A stretch of DNA of 61,766 nucleotides, the filler included, from Basidioascus undulatus (taxonomy: Eukaryota): the NCBI GenBank assembly GCA_000826855.1. It is 11 parts of 11 records of this genome, joined end to end, with 100 filler letters (N's around TTAATTAATTAA, not from the genome) between each part and the next. Parts side by side here need not be neighbours in the genome. Positions count along the whole stretch, not along the records: positions 35,889 to 39,515 come from JTLS01002363.1; positions 39,616 to 43,240 come from JTLS01002364.1; positions 43,341 to 46,952 come from JTLS01002365.1; positions 47,053 to 50,661 come from JTLS01002366.1; 7 more parts are not named here. One strand, 5' to 3'. Below, in pieces: positions 35,789 to 47,531 of the stretch (the first letter of the stretch is position 1; every line of letters begins with the position of its first letter). The position numbers and the translations under genes are program-made. The notes beneath the pieces are model-generated. The model saw only the letters and a program-made list of their open reading frames with translations. It did not search any database and was not told where the DNA came from.

Positions 35789-37691
35789 NNNNNNNNNNNN
35801 NNNNNNNNNNNNNNNNNNNNNNNNNNNNNNNNTTAATTAATTAANNNNNNNNNNNNNNNNNNNNNNNNNNNNNNNNNNNNNNNNNNNNGTTTGCGGAGGA
35901 GGAAGGGGGGGGGAAGGGGGAGGAGGGGAGGGGTGGTAGCACAGTGCCGTCTTGTCCATGAGGCCCTCGAGGGTTGCAGAGTATGATCGTTCTAAATGGT
36001 TTTCTCACAGCCTGGTATATTGACTGAGGAAACTGATATCCGAAAGTGAGGAGATCACATCAAGACGCTTGCGTTTGGAGGTGGGACGAGGATTGCAACA
36101 CAATTCGAGTCGGGGCTGTTCAGGCCGTGGGGAGCATATAAGCGAATGTCCTCAGTATGGCTCGTCTTCGACTGAGGAAAAGGAAAGAGGAGACACGCGG
36201 GAGGCGGAAAGGGGGCTAGCGCTGAGGGCATCGAGCCAATGAGGAGGAAGTGTGGGGAAGAGCGTAAACTCCGAAAGAAAGGAGAGAAATGGAAGTCCAT
36301 CGTGCTCAAAGTCCATTTCCTCCAACAGAGCTGCTCAAGGTGCCTTCATTTTCGAGCACTGAACTTAACGTATCAAGTGGGGGGTGCCCTTTGCTCGATA
36401 CAAACACCTGAAGACTCGTTCCCGGCCTAAGATCGCTGGCCAGTGGACTGAAATCCACTTCGCCTTGATATACGTCTCCCTCTGGAGTGCTCGACAGCGT
36501 GCGGTCCAAGCCGCTCAAGTGAAGCATTTTCTTGACGGCGCAGAGCTGAGGTTAATGAAAGACCGCGTTGTCTTTCCAACATCTTCTAACGCATGTGGTC
36601 GTCCTTCAGAAAACTTGCAGAACGCTGCAGCCGTGCCACGAATGACTGGGAGATGGGCGACGATACTGCTCAGGGTCGAACTGCCTAGTCACCCAACGTT
36701 TCCCTTGCTGTTCTTTAGCTTGTCATTCTACTTACGAAGGCATCAGTGTGTCAGATTGCATGGACTTGCCGAGCGTTCACGGGAGCCAAAAGGGCGAATA
36801 TGTTCTCGATGTTCCTTGCACTGGCCGTGCACCCGGGCTCTTTGAATTACCGACGGGGCACTGGGTCTTTTAAATAAATAGAATACACAAGCTCAATAAC
36901 AGCTGCAACGATCAGCTCGAGCGACGAGTCCACTGTATGAAAACAGCAAAACCGCGTTGCAAGGCCCAGACGCCGCCGCCATCAAGTCATCCCCGCTGCC
37001 GCCGCGGCCCCTTGATTGTTTATTTTGTTCACGCCGCACGCTCTTGTCTACACCATCTCAGCTCTCCAGGCTCATGATCCTCATGCCAGTATACTGATCT
37101 TCAGCGGGGATATCCTCACGTCGAGGTGTTCGCAAGCGATGTTGATCCAACATCGCTGGCGCTCTTGGAAGCCATTCAAAAAAAATACACCCATCGCCTT
37201 CGCCTTGCTTCGCCAGCTTTTCACTTGGTCGCCTGCTGTTTGCTCGGGGTTGGGACACGAATTTCGGTCTCCTCGATCATGGACGTGTTATCGCCGGATG
37301 TCTCTCTTGGGTGTGCGTGCTCGCGCTCGAGGACCGAGTTGGGAGCGCAGTGCGCACACACGCTCCGCGCTACGCTACGCAGCGCCAGCCATGTCGCGCT
37401 CGCGACTCAGACTCGGACTCGCGCCCCTTCGTTCCTTTCACCCGCCCCTCGCGCTCAATCTCACCACCCCCTTCGGCATTGTCTCCTCGCCGTGGACGGT
37501 AAGAGGTGGCGGGGGCACAAGCGACTAGCGAGCGAGCGACCGGCAAACTAGTAGTTTGTTGCTGTTTCACCTGGAGGGCCGACTTCGTGCCTGCCCTGTT
37601 TCCCGCTGCCGCACCGACACCCCGTATCCTTCTCAGTCCTCATCGATATCCCAACCGAGTCCAGCATCCCGACTGAAGCAGAAGCAGAAGA

Positions 37692-39515
37692 ATGCGTTCA
37701 CACCCCGACCCGCACCAGTATCTGAGCTCGCCCACGCCCGATGCCCACCGCTCTCCTCCGCCCTCCCCGCTCCTCCCGCAGTCCGTCGAGGGCTCCGTCG
37801 ATTTGCACTCGTCCTACACTGAAACCCTCGACGAGGACCGCGATCTACTGCCCGCGCGGTCCGGATCCATCTGCTCCATCTCCTCCAGCATCCCCGTCTT
37901 CCTCGACGCTCCCCCCGCTTCATCTTCGCCCTCCCCGCGTTCGCCACCACACCGCCTGCGCAACGCCAGTCTGAGCAGCGCAGAGTCCGTCGACGTCGAC
38001 CCGCTGCTCAGGTGGAGGGAGAGCTACTTCTCCTCCAGCCGGACGGTCAGCACCGCGCGGACGAGCGTCGAGAGCGCCGTGGACGGGGAAGACGCGAAGG
38101 AGGCGAAGGTGGTGCGGAGGCGGCCGAGCGCTCTCAGCGTGTTGGTCTACGATGTCGACCAAGACTCCCCATCGTCTTCGTCGCTCGCCTCGAGCCCGAC
38201 AAACGTCCTCGGCCTGACCAACCTCGGCCCACCCCCGCCTACACCTCCTCACACACTTCCATCCCCTCCTCCGGCGCCCCTACGCCGTCGCTCGCAGACG
38301 ACTGTCTCGACGCCGAACCTGCGTGCGCGCACACGCGGATCAAAGGAGAACAAGCCGCCGCTCCCGCCGCTCCCGCCGCTCCCGCCGCTCCCGCCGCTCC
38401 CGGGCTCCGCGGGGAAGACGCGGCGCACACCCACACGAGCGGCTGCCCTCACGCCCGTGCCCGTCTTCCTGCCGCTCGCGCCCTCAGAGGCACCCACCAT
38501 TCAGCTATGGATTGATCAAGTAGGTCACTACCTTTCACCCCCATCCCGCTGTCCCCTTCCCGTGCGAGGCTGACTCGCGAACCTTCATCTTCTGGCGAAT
38601 AGGAAGGCTTTCGCGCTGTCCGCCCGACATTCCACTTCCTTCGTTACCGCCGTACAGCACGCCTGCATTCCGCCCCGTCTCCAACGGGATCAGCCAAGGC
38701 GAAGGAAGCGCCGCCTGCTGAAGCGCAAGGCGTACTCGAGTTCGTGCTGCGCGAGAAGGAGGGCTTCATCTACCATCATTCGGTGCGTCGCTGCTATCTT
38801 CTACTCCTCTCTTCACTTCTGTGATCTTGGGTAAATCCGATGCTGAAAGAGTGTACTGGCAATCGGAACAGGCCATGGAATCATCACCTGCGCTGCGACG
38901 CTTGACGATCAACAACGATCCGTCAAGAGACTTCATCTCCCGCCACGCGTCGCTCTCAATCAAGGCGCCCGGCGCGTATAGCGTCAAGGGCTCCGAGGAC
39001 AAAGGCCAGCTCCACTGGCGCTTCGACTACAGCGTGGAGGACGCAATCTCGCCTTCGGGCACGCGTCTTGCCGGAGAAAAGGTGCGCTGTACTCTGCACC
39101 CCATTTCACCAACGTACTTGACTAACTTCCTGCTGCCCGCCCCACGCTCCAGATCCTGCATCCCCTCAAGTTCAGCTGCACTCCCGAGCTGCTGAACCCC
39201 ACGCGCGGCAAGGCGCCATCCCTCCTGCACAACCTCCTGAAGTCCGTCACCCCGAACCTTCAATCGCACAAGCTCCAGCTCCCGCCCCTCACCCCACCAC
39301 CGGACCCCACGCCCTCGTCAGCCCCACCCGCGACCTCCTCCGAATTCCCCGGCAGCAGCTCCAGCTCCACCTCCCCGCTGCACTTCCCGCACACGCTCCC
39401 GCGCATCCGCACGCTCACGGCCTTCTCCGGCGCCGCGCACGTGGTGCCTGACGGACCGCGCAGGATCCGCGAGCGCGCGCGCACGGCGGACGGCGCGGGC
39501 CCGATCAAGTGGACG
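37692..39515 (+). CDS. Hypothetical protein: disordered N-terminus plus a globular LWIDQEGFR domain, 3' truncated
   Basis: 293-codon first ORF. Three canonical introns give IQLWIDQEGFRAVRPTF..YHHSAMESSPALRRLTINND..WRFDYSVED..GEKILHPLKFSCTPELL. Confidence 0.8.
38355..38402 (+). repeat. 9-nt coding tandem repeat (CCGCCGCTC) x5 encoding (PPL)5
   Basis: Read directly from the sequence. Confidence 0.9.
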
Positions 39516-41460
39516 NNNNNNNNNNNNNNNNNNNNNNNNNNNNNNNNNNNNNNNNNNNNTTAATTAATTAANNNNNNNNNNNNNNNNNNNNNNNNNNNNN
39601 NNNNNNNNNNNNNNNTCACGGAGGCGTAAGATGGTGTTCTGTCGGGTTCCCCTCCCTCACTCCCATCCATTCCCCTGCCACCCCGCATTAGCGAGCTTAC
39701 CGGAATGCCGCACTGTCAGACCCGCGTGGACACGATAGAAGTGATCGGCGCGCCGATTGCGACGACCAAGATGGGCGATTTGAAGGCGGTGGAGGACGAC
39801 CATTGATTGAGGGGTGAGCGCTCGGGATGGGAGACGGTGAGGGATGGGGCATGGGAATTGGGGATGGGGATGGGCAATGGAGGGGATGGGGAATGGAGGG
39901 GCATGGATAGATTTGGGGCCTGATGGCGGCGAAGAAATTTGAGTGCAGCACGGGTGGGTGATGTGACAGTGTGGGAGGGGTTGACCGTGGGAGGCTTGGG
40001 TGGGGAAAGAGGGAGGCAGGATAATGAGGAAGATCTGCACGCTGCAGCTGCGATAAAGTGTGAGTGGTTCAGGCTCAGCGCTGAGTGCCTTGTGTTTTTC
40101 ACCAGAAACGGTTGGATCGCAGAGTGCTTGAACTGTAGCAGATAAGCGGGACGTACTCAAGAAACGCGCTTCGGAAACAAGATGAGATGCAAAAGCGCTC
40201 CGTATGTTCCGATATAGTCTTCTTGAGGTCGAAAACGTAGTGGCAGGCGTCGTTCAAGTTGTTCGACGACCAAACTTGGGCTGCAGCCTGCAGATCTCTG
40301 TAGAAGATGCCTGCACACGTGATTCCGCGAGGCGAAGTGCCAGCGCGAGAAACAGCCTCAACGCCCGCGACACGGGAGACCGGCGCAGACTCGTTCTTTT
40401 CCGTTTGAGCCCCTGAGCCACGGAGCGTGACAAACTTAGGGAAATAGGTCCTTATTTTATTTGGCTTCTAGGCCTGATGGGCGTCGAAGCTGGGCATGAC
40501 TGCCTGACGGTCGCAGCGCTCGTTGAGGTGGACTGACAGCTCCTAAGAATCTGCTTGAGGCTCGTAATAGGGAGACAGGCGAGCGCCCGGGACGTGAATC
40601 ACATGCGCCAGATGTGTGAAATTCCCAGATCTCGTTAATCTTGTGGATACGTGCGACTGGTTTACATGCTGTGTACAGCGTGCTGACAGCAATACTGCGC
40701 CGTCGCCCGCACAGCTTCGCATGGCAGTTCTTTGCCAAACCGGGGCACGGAATTTGACAACAGGAAAATTCACTCTCTGATAAGGGGGTAAGGATGAGTT
40801 TCAGGTATCGGTGCTCTCTCACATACAGTGAGCAGCGTGCAGGCAAAGCCGCACAGCCGTGCTGCCTGACACTCTTCCCTCAGTGCCGTGCAATGACCAA
40901 TCCTAGCCTAACAGGCTCAAATATCAGTGTTTGCAGGATGTACATTATGCTCCTGGTTCAACCCAAACGGCCATGCAGGCGAACAAGGGGGAGCTAGGGC
41001 TTGTGTTTTCCGGCCGTCAGCAGGGCGGCAGGCATGCCAGAACCTCTGCCCCGAGGAGGTTCCTACCCCATATTCCGAACTCTTTGAGCTCGACAGCTTC
41101 AAGTAAGTTGGAGTCGCTATCCCAACGGCGAGGCGGTCGGTGAAACAGTGGCTGCACAGGGTCTGAGTGCAGGTTGGGTTGAGCTGGCACCCCCACCAGC
41201 CTGAGTCGGCTGGATACCTAAGCGCCTGCATCCGTGTCCCCCTGTGTATTTTTCTCGACTTTCAGTGTTGACAACGCAACGAAAAAACTGGCAAAAGCAA
41301 AAGAGGCCTGCAGCCAGCAACCAGTCGGCTCGCGCGGTCCGAGCGCACGCGTGCCCGGCGCGTCTTCCGTCTCCGCATCAGCCCACCCTGCGTCTTCCTC
41401 CTTCCTCCTTGCCCTCCTTTCCTCGTCTTCTTCCCTTCTGTCCATCTGCCTCACCTCACC

Positions 41461-43240
41461 ATGAGCCTCTCATTAGAGGTCGTCCATGCGGCCTTTGAGG
41501 ACATTCACATCCTCCTCACACGTGACGAGCGCCTCCTCCCCGCCCTCCTCATCGGGCTGCTCACGCTCGCCCTCACCTACATCTGGTTCACCCGGCCCGA
41601 GAAACCAGTCCGATTCCACTATCCCGCTCCCCCCGTGCGTCTCCCCCTCCCTCCCCCCGCCTACCATGCTAACCCACCCTCGCGAGTAGCAAGCCTCCCC
41701 CTCGTGGTCCAACCGCCGTCTCTCCTCCCCATCCATCACCGCGCACCTCTCCGACTCCTCCCTCCTCCCCGCGGGGGCGGACAACACGAAGGAGTACATC
41801 ACCTGCTATGACCCTGCGACGGCGCAGCACATCGACACTGTCCGCGCTCTCTCGGCGGAGGAGATTCGGGAGAAGGTGAAGAAGGCGAGGGAGGCCCAGC
41901 GCGGGTGGGCGGGGAGTTCGTGGGAGAGACGGAGGAGGGTCATGAGGGGGTTGTTGGACTGGACGGTGCGGGAGATGGATGGATTGGTCAGGGTTGCGTG
42001 CAGGGATACGGGGAAAACTAGTGCGTTTCTGTGTCCCTCTACCCTACCTTCCTCCCTTCGTTCCTTTCTCCTCTCTCTCCTCGTTCCTCTTCCCCCCTCC
42101 TTTTCCTTAAGCGGCTGCTGATGAAATGACGAACAGAGATCGACGCCTCCTTCGGCGAGATCCTCACGACGGCCGAGAAGCTCCGGTGGCTCATCGTGGA
42201 GGGCGAGAAGGTCCTGTCCCCCTCCCCGCGCGCTACGAACCTCCTCTTATCGCACAAGGTGTCCAAGGCGCGCTTCCCCTCTTCAGCCCTCCCCCTCTCC
42301 CGCCAGTATCCCGGATGAATGAAGCTGATCTACCCAGCACGACAGGTCGTCTACGAACCCCTCGGCGTGGCAGTCGCTTCTGTTTCGTGGAACTAGTGCG
42401 TTGCTCTTCTTCCCCCTCATCCTCTCCCTCTCCCCTCTCCTCTCTTTCCTCTCCCCTTCCCTCTCCCAGCCCCTCTCCTCATTTGTCCTTCCTCCCGACC
42501 AACTGCACACCCCCAATCGCACACACAAACATCCAACTGACTTCGCATGTGGGAGCGGACAGTCCCGCCCACAACGCCCTCTCCCCCATCATCGCCTCCC
42601 TCTTCGCGGGGAACAGCATCGTCCTGAAAGGCTCCGAGCTCGTCGCGTGGAGCACGGCGTGGTACGTCGGTGCGGTCCGTGCGTGCTTGGAGGCGTGCGG
42701 GGAGGACCCGGAGCTGGTTCAGGTGCGGGTCCAAGACTTTGGAGGGGACGACTTGAGAGCGTGAGGGGATGGGACTGATGAGGTGGGGAATGGGGATGGT
42801 GAGGACAGCTTGTGATCTGCTACCCCGACGCGGTCGAGGCGCTCACGACTTCGCCGGATATCGACCACATCACGTTTATTGGGAGTGAGGTGGTGGGTAA
42901 GAAGGTCCGTTCCTTCTCTCCTCTCCCCCTTTCTCCCTACTTCATTCCCTTTTCTCGTCCCTTCCCTTCCTCGTTCCGAAGTGAGGAAAAGTGATAGCTG
43001 AGAGGGATGGACGCGGAACCCCCCCAGGTCGCCCTCGCCGCCGCGCAGCACCTCACGCCCTGCACGATCGAGCTCGGCGGGAAAGATCCGGCGATCATCC
43101 TTGAGGGCGCGAACGTCAAGTTTTTTGAGGCGACTTTTATGCGGAGCGCTTTGTGCGTCTTGCCATTACTTTCCCCTTCCCTCGTTACCCCTTCCCTCCC
43201 TCGCTGACGCTCCCCACCCCACAGCCAAGGCGGCGGCCAA
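41461..43240 (+). CDS. MSC7: Msc7-type aldehyde dehydrogenase with N-terminal TM anchor, 3' truncated
   Basis: ITCYDPAT, ACRDTGKTKIDASFGEILTTAEKL, YEPLGVAVASVSWNYPAHN, HITFIGS, TIELGGKDPA. Confidence 0.9.
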
Positions 43241-43353
43241 NNNNNNNNNNNNNNNNNNNNNNNNNNNNNNNNNNNNNNNNNNNNTTAATTAATTAANNNN
43301 NNNNNNNNNNNNNNNNNNNNNNNNNNNNNNNNNNNNNNNNCCGTTCCTGTCCC

Positions 43354-46305
43354 CTACTCCCACTCCCCCTTCCACCCCCCCCTAAAATCATGGCCCACCA
43401 TAGCCTCGGGGTCGTTCCTCCCCCGGGCTCCAAAGTTCCCCACCCCGGGTGACAGCCCCGTGACGGGGAGGACGGTGACGTCCCCGATTTGGAGGGGGTG
43501 CTCGATGTTGCGGAGGGAGGGCCACGAGAAGGACGAGGACGGGGAGGAGAGGGCGATGAGATAGCTGTGGGTTGTGAAGGGGGTGAGCTCTCTTCGACGA
43601 CAGGCAAGAAAACGAGAGAAAGGGGAAAAGAAGGGAAGGGGAAGGAGGAGGGAAGGGGAATGAGAAGGAAGGAATGAGGGAGGGAGGAGGAAGGGAAGGA
43701 GGCAGGGAGGAAGGGAAGAGGAGAGGGGAACGGGGGACCCACGACAGCAAAGCATCCGTCCACACCCCCGGCCCCGTCCAGTCCATAACCCTACAGCACC
43801 CTCCCCTCCTCTCATCCCACGGCTCCACCCCGCTCAACCTCTCCGCTTCCTCTATCCTCCCCTCCCCCCGTAACCGCTCGATCTCCTCCGCCCGCGCGCG
43901 CTCCCAGGCTTCTGCTTCGCGCGTGGCGAGCACCACCCGGCGGATCGCGTCGAGCAGGATCGGGTGGCTGGGCGAGGAGAGCAACGTCCATTGCACGACT
44001 TGGACGGGGCGGGGCCAATACTGTTGGAGAGAAGGGCGAAGGTATGGGGAGAGGGGGAAGGAGGGAGGGGAAGGGGGAAGCGAGGGTAGGGAGGAGACGG
44101 ACCTTGTTCCAATTGGGGTTGTCGCCGCTGTGGTGGAGGCGCAGAAGGTCAGCGATGAGAGGAAGCAGAAGAAATGAAGAGAGAAGGACGGAAGAAGGTG
44201 GTACAGAGGTAAGGAGGTAAGGAAGGAAAGAAGTAGGAGGGAAGAACGACCGAGGGAAGAAAAGGAAGAAGGATGGGAGGGAAGGAGGAACGAAGACGCA
44301 CACGTCCGCCTCGATGCCCACCACAACATTCACCCCGCTGCTCGGCTCGACGCCCTCCCGCGGCTTCGCATTCCGCCCCCACGCCTGGATGGGCTTGAGA
44401 CACTTTGTGTCCATGTCGCTGTACACGCCGCCGTGGGCGAACAGCACCAAGTATCTAAGGAAGTCCGCTTTCTGTCCCCGCATCTCCACCAGTGCCCGTC
44501 CCCCAATCAGCGAGGAAAGGATAAGAGGGGGGAGGACGAAGAGCAACGCACCAAAACAGATCTCCTCAACCTCTTATAAACGTCCCCCACCTCGCTCCCC
44601 CCATACACCTGCTCGACCCACCGTTCCGCCTCCGCATCATCCAAAAAAACATACTCCCAAGCAGGGTTCGCATCGCTCCAGCTGCGCATGTTTGAGTTTT
44701 CCCCCTTCGGACGGGAAGCGTCCGTCTGCCAGATGCGTTGTGGGAGCGGTTGGAGCGGGGCGGGGAGGGACGAGAGTGCGGCGTGGGACTGAAGGGAGGG
44801 CGGGAGGGAGGACACGTCGTGCGCGAAGAGCGTCAGGAGCCAGGAGAGCGCGAAGAAGGGCGTGGGGTACGCGCTGGTAGTCCCACATGCGTCAGCGAGT
44901 GGTTGCAGGGCGGGCGGAACCGTTAGATAGCGACGCACGACTCGATGAGACCCGCCAGGTCCGGATCGACTGCTCGCAGAATGCGCTGCATGACCCTGCG
45001 TTCTCCCCCACCTACCTCAGCGCCCAGTCTCGTAAAGGTGGGTGAAAGCCAAGAACCCTAAAACGCAAGCGCACCTCAACCACCCCAGCACCGGCTCCAG
45101 CCCCTCGCCCATCCCGTCCCGACACCAGTGCAAGCTCACGCGCTCCGCAGCAGCGTGCATCCGCTCCGCGTCGACCTCGAGCTCGAGGAGGAGGACAGAG
45201 AGGATGTCGTGGTAACCCTGTGTCGGGGAACAGCCTTAGTACGCGTTCTGGGGGTGAGGAGAGCGGGATGAGTGGGCACCTGGAAGTACTGTAGTGATGG
45301 ACGCGCGCGCAGGACGCCCACTATCAAGTCGTACAGCGCCGCTTTAAGGCGGTCTCGTTGTCGCTTGTCCACGCCTTCGTTCCCACACACCTCGCATCAG
45401 CCTTCTCTCTCCGATAATCACACTCGAGTGGACAAGAAGAGCTCACCTTCCGGCCAGTTCACGAAACTCCGATCCACGTCCAGCCTGACCTGCCCCTCGT
45501 CCTTATGCCTTTTCACCCTTGCCCTCGCCTCCCCCTCCTCCTTCTGCTCAGTACCATCCGCCTGGTCATTCTCGGCTTCCTCCTCCTCCTGCTCCTCCTT
45601 CTCGAAGAAGTAGCTCGACCACCGGATCCACTCGCGCGTGGGGGCGATGCGCGGGTCGGGCGAGCGCGGGCGCGAACGCGGGATGGAGTGCCAGGACGCG
45701 GAGAGCGGCGTGGGGTCGGGGGTGCTGGGGCTGGGGAGGGAGAGGAGGTGGGACCTGGAAAAATGTGAAACAAAAATCTTGAGCTCAAGCCTCGAAGAGA
45801 AGGAAAGGAGAGGTTAGGCGTATGTGAAGACGCACCATGCTCGAGTCCTCATCCGCCTCGACCCGAATCCGCACTCCTCGCACGCCAGCCTGCTCAGCCG
45901 CGGCCTATCGTCCCGCGCAAGGGCATCGAGGATCTCCCTCTCCCTCTCGCTCCACTCCTCACCCTCATCCTCATCCTCCTCCGCCTCCTCTCCCTCTCCC
46001 CCGCCATCCTCGCGCATCACCGCCTCCCGCACGAGCGGCACGTCCGGGCGCCCGTTCAGATCCGAGTCGGACAGGACGTGCTTACCCTCCAGCGCGGGGA
46101 GGTCTACGCTGGAGATTGCGGTGCGCGGGGAGGAAGACGCGGAGGAGGCGGAGGTGGTGGATGGGAGGGAGACGAGCGAGTCGATCGAGGTCGATAGGTC
46201 CGTGCTCTGGTCTGTGGGCGTTGGCAATGATGCTGCGGCGACGGGTGCGCCGTCTGAAGGCGCTGGCGACGCCGTGCGCGGCGTTGTGCTGCGCGAGTCG
46301 GCCAT
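43354..46305 (-). CDS. Gyp8/TBC1D20-like RabGAP N-portion fused in frame to an Och1-like GT32 glycosyltransferase domain
   Basis: TBC part: DEGQVRLDVDRSF, LQYFQGYHDI, FALSWLLTLFAHDV. GT32 part: PQRIWQT, KADFLRYLVLFAHGGVYSDMD, VVGIEAD, QWT..HPIL, DWTGPGVWTDA, HDFRGGWK. The junction lies inside exon 44552-44873. Confidence 0.8.
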
Positions 46306-47052
46306 CAGCGGAACGTTCGGTTGAGGGTCGAGAGTTAAGAGCAGGATGCCAAGTTGGGCGCCATTCCAGCCAGCGGAGGAAGCCCGGTGCGATGCACGTG
46401 AAAACCCATTCAGCTTTTCGCACGCACGCTGCAGACTCCCTTTCCTTTCTCCTTTCTTCCGCTGTGCTTCCGTCAGGCCGGCAAACGAGGGTGAGAAAGC
46501 TGCTGCACAGACATTCGAGTGCCAAGGTGTATGAACGCAGAGCGGTGCTTACGTTGAGCCAGACAGCTCGTGACGTTCCCTGCGGGGTGCCTCGCGGGCG
46601 CGACATTCGGCCAGTGAAATGAGATCAAGAGGTTCTGGGAATCAGATGAATTCCCCTGTGTATGGAATTCTACTCCATATCAGTGAAATCCAGGAATTCA
46701 GTGACAGCGGGGGTTGCATGCTCAGGTTGAGGGACAGCAAAATCACCTTCAAGTTGGGTGCAATCTCTAGCACCGTTATTCCCAGAACAACACGAGCAAT
46801 TTTCCATTCTTCTATTGATCTCACTTCAGTCTTCCAGGTATAAAGTCTTTGGAAGTGCCGCCGTCACCCCAAGGAGAAAAGATAACTCTTCCCAGGGCTC
46901 CTGCCAGCGTCTCCAAGTTCAGTTGCGTTGCCGCTAAAGATCCACATCCTGGNNNNNNNNNNNNNNNNNNNNNNNNNNNNNNNNNNNNNNNNNNNNTTAA
47001 TTAATTAANNNNNNNNNNNNNNNNNNNNNNNNNNNNNNNNNNNNNNNNNNNN

Positions 47053-47184
47053 GGAGGGAAGGGGGGGAGGGACGCACCCCCGCGTGCGCATGAGGGTCAG
47101 GTTGGAGACGTGCTCGCGCAGGAAGGACGCGTGCTCGGGCGAGACTTGCTCGCCCGGGATGGTAGGCACGATCGAGGGCGCCAT
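47053..47184 (-). CDS. First exon of an unidentified gene (truncated by contig end)
   Basis: MAPSIVPTIPGEQVSPEHASFLREHVSNLTLMRTR followed by a GTGCGT donor. Confidence 0.5.
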
Positions 47185-47531
47185 CGCGGCGGGGTAAGTG
47201 CCAGCTTGCGAGCGAGCGTTGCTTAAAAATTGAAATCGAGAGGAGGTGAAGGGTTCGAATGCGGCTAGTACGCAGAAATAATGTGACTGTGTGAGTTGTG
47301 TGAGGTGTGTGTGGATGTGGTGTGGATGGTGAAATGGAAAAACGCGACTGTCATGTGCGACTGGAGTACACAGACCCTCAGGGCCGGTCCTCAGCCTCAA
47401 CCGGATGCAAACGACCTGCCGCGTCCAACCGCCCGAGCTCACTCTCCCTTCACCTTCCCATGTTCCTCTGACCTTTACACACTCAAGCGCACAACCTGCA
47501 CTAAAGTATAAACGCAGCGCTAGATTACATC

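Noticed and set aside
44789..44815. 27-nt GT...AG at the TBC/GT32 junction as an intron
   Set aside because: Far shorter than other introns here and lacks a branch point; removing it would not separate the domains anyway.
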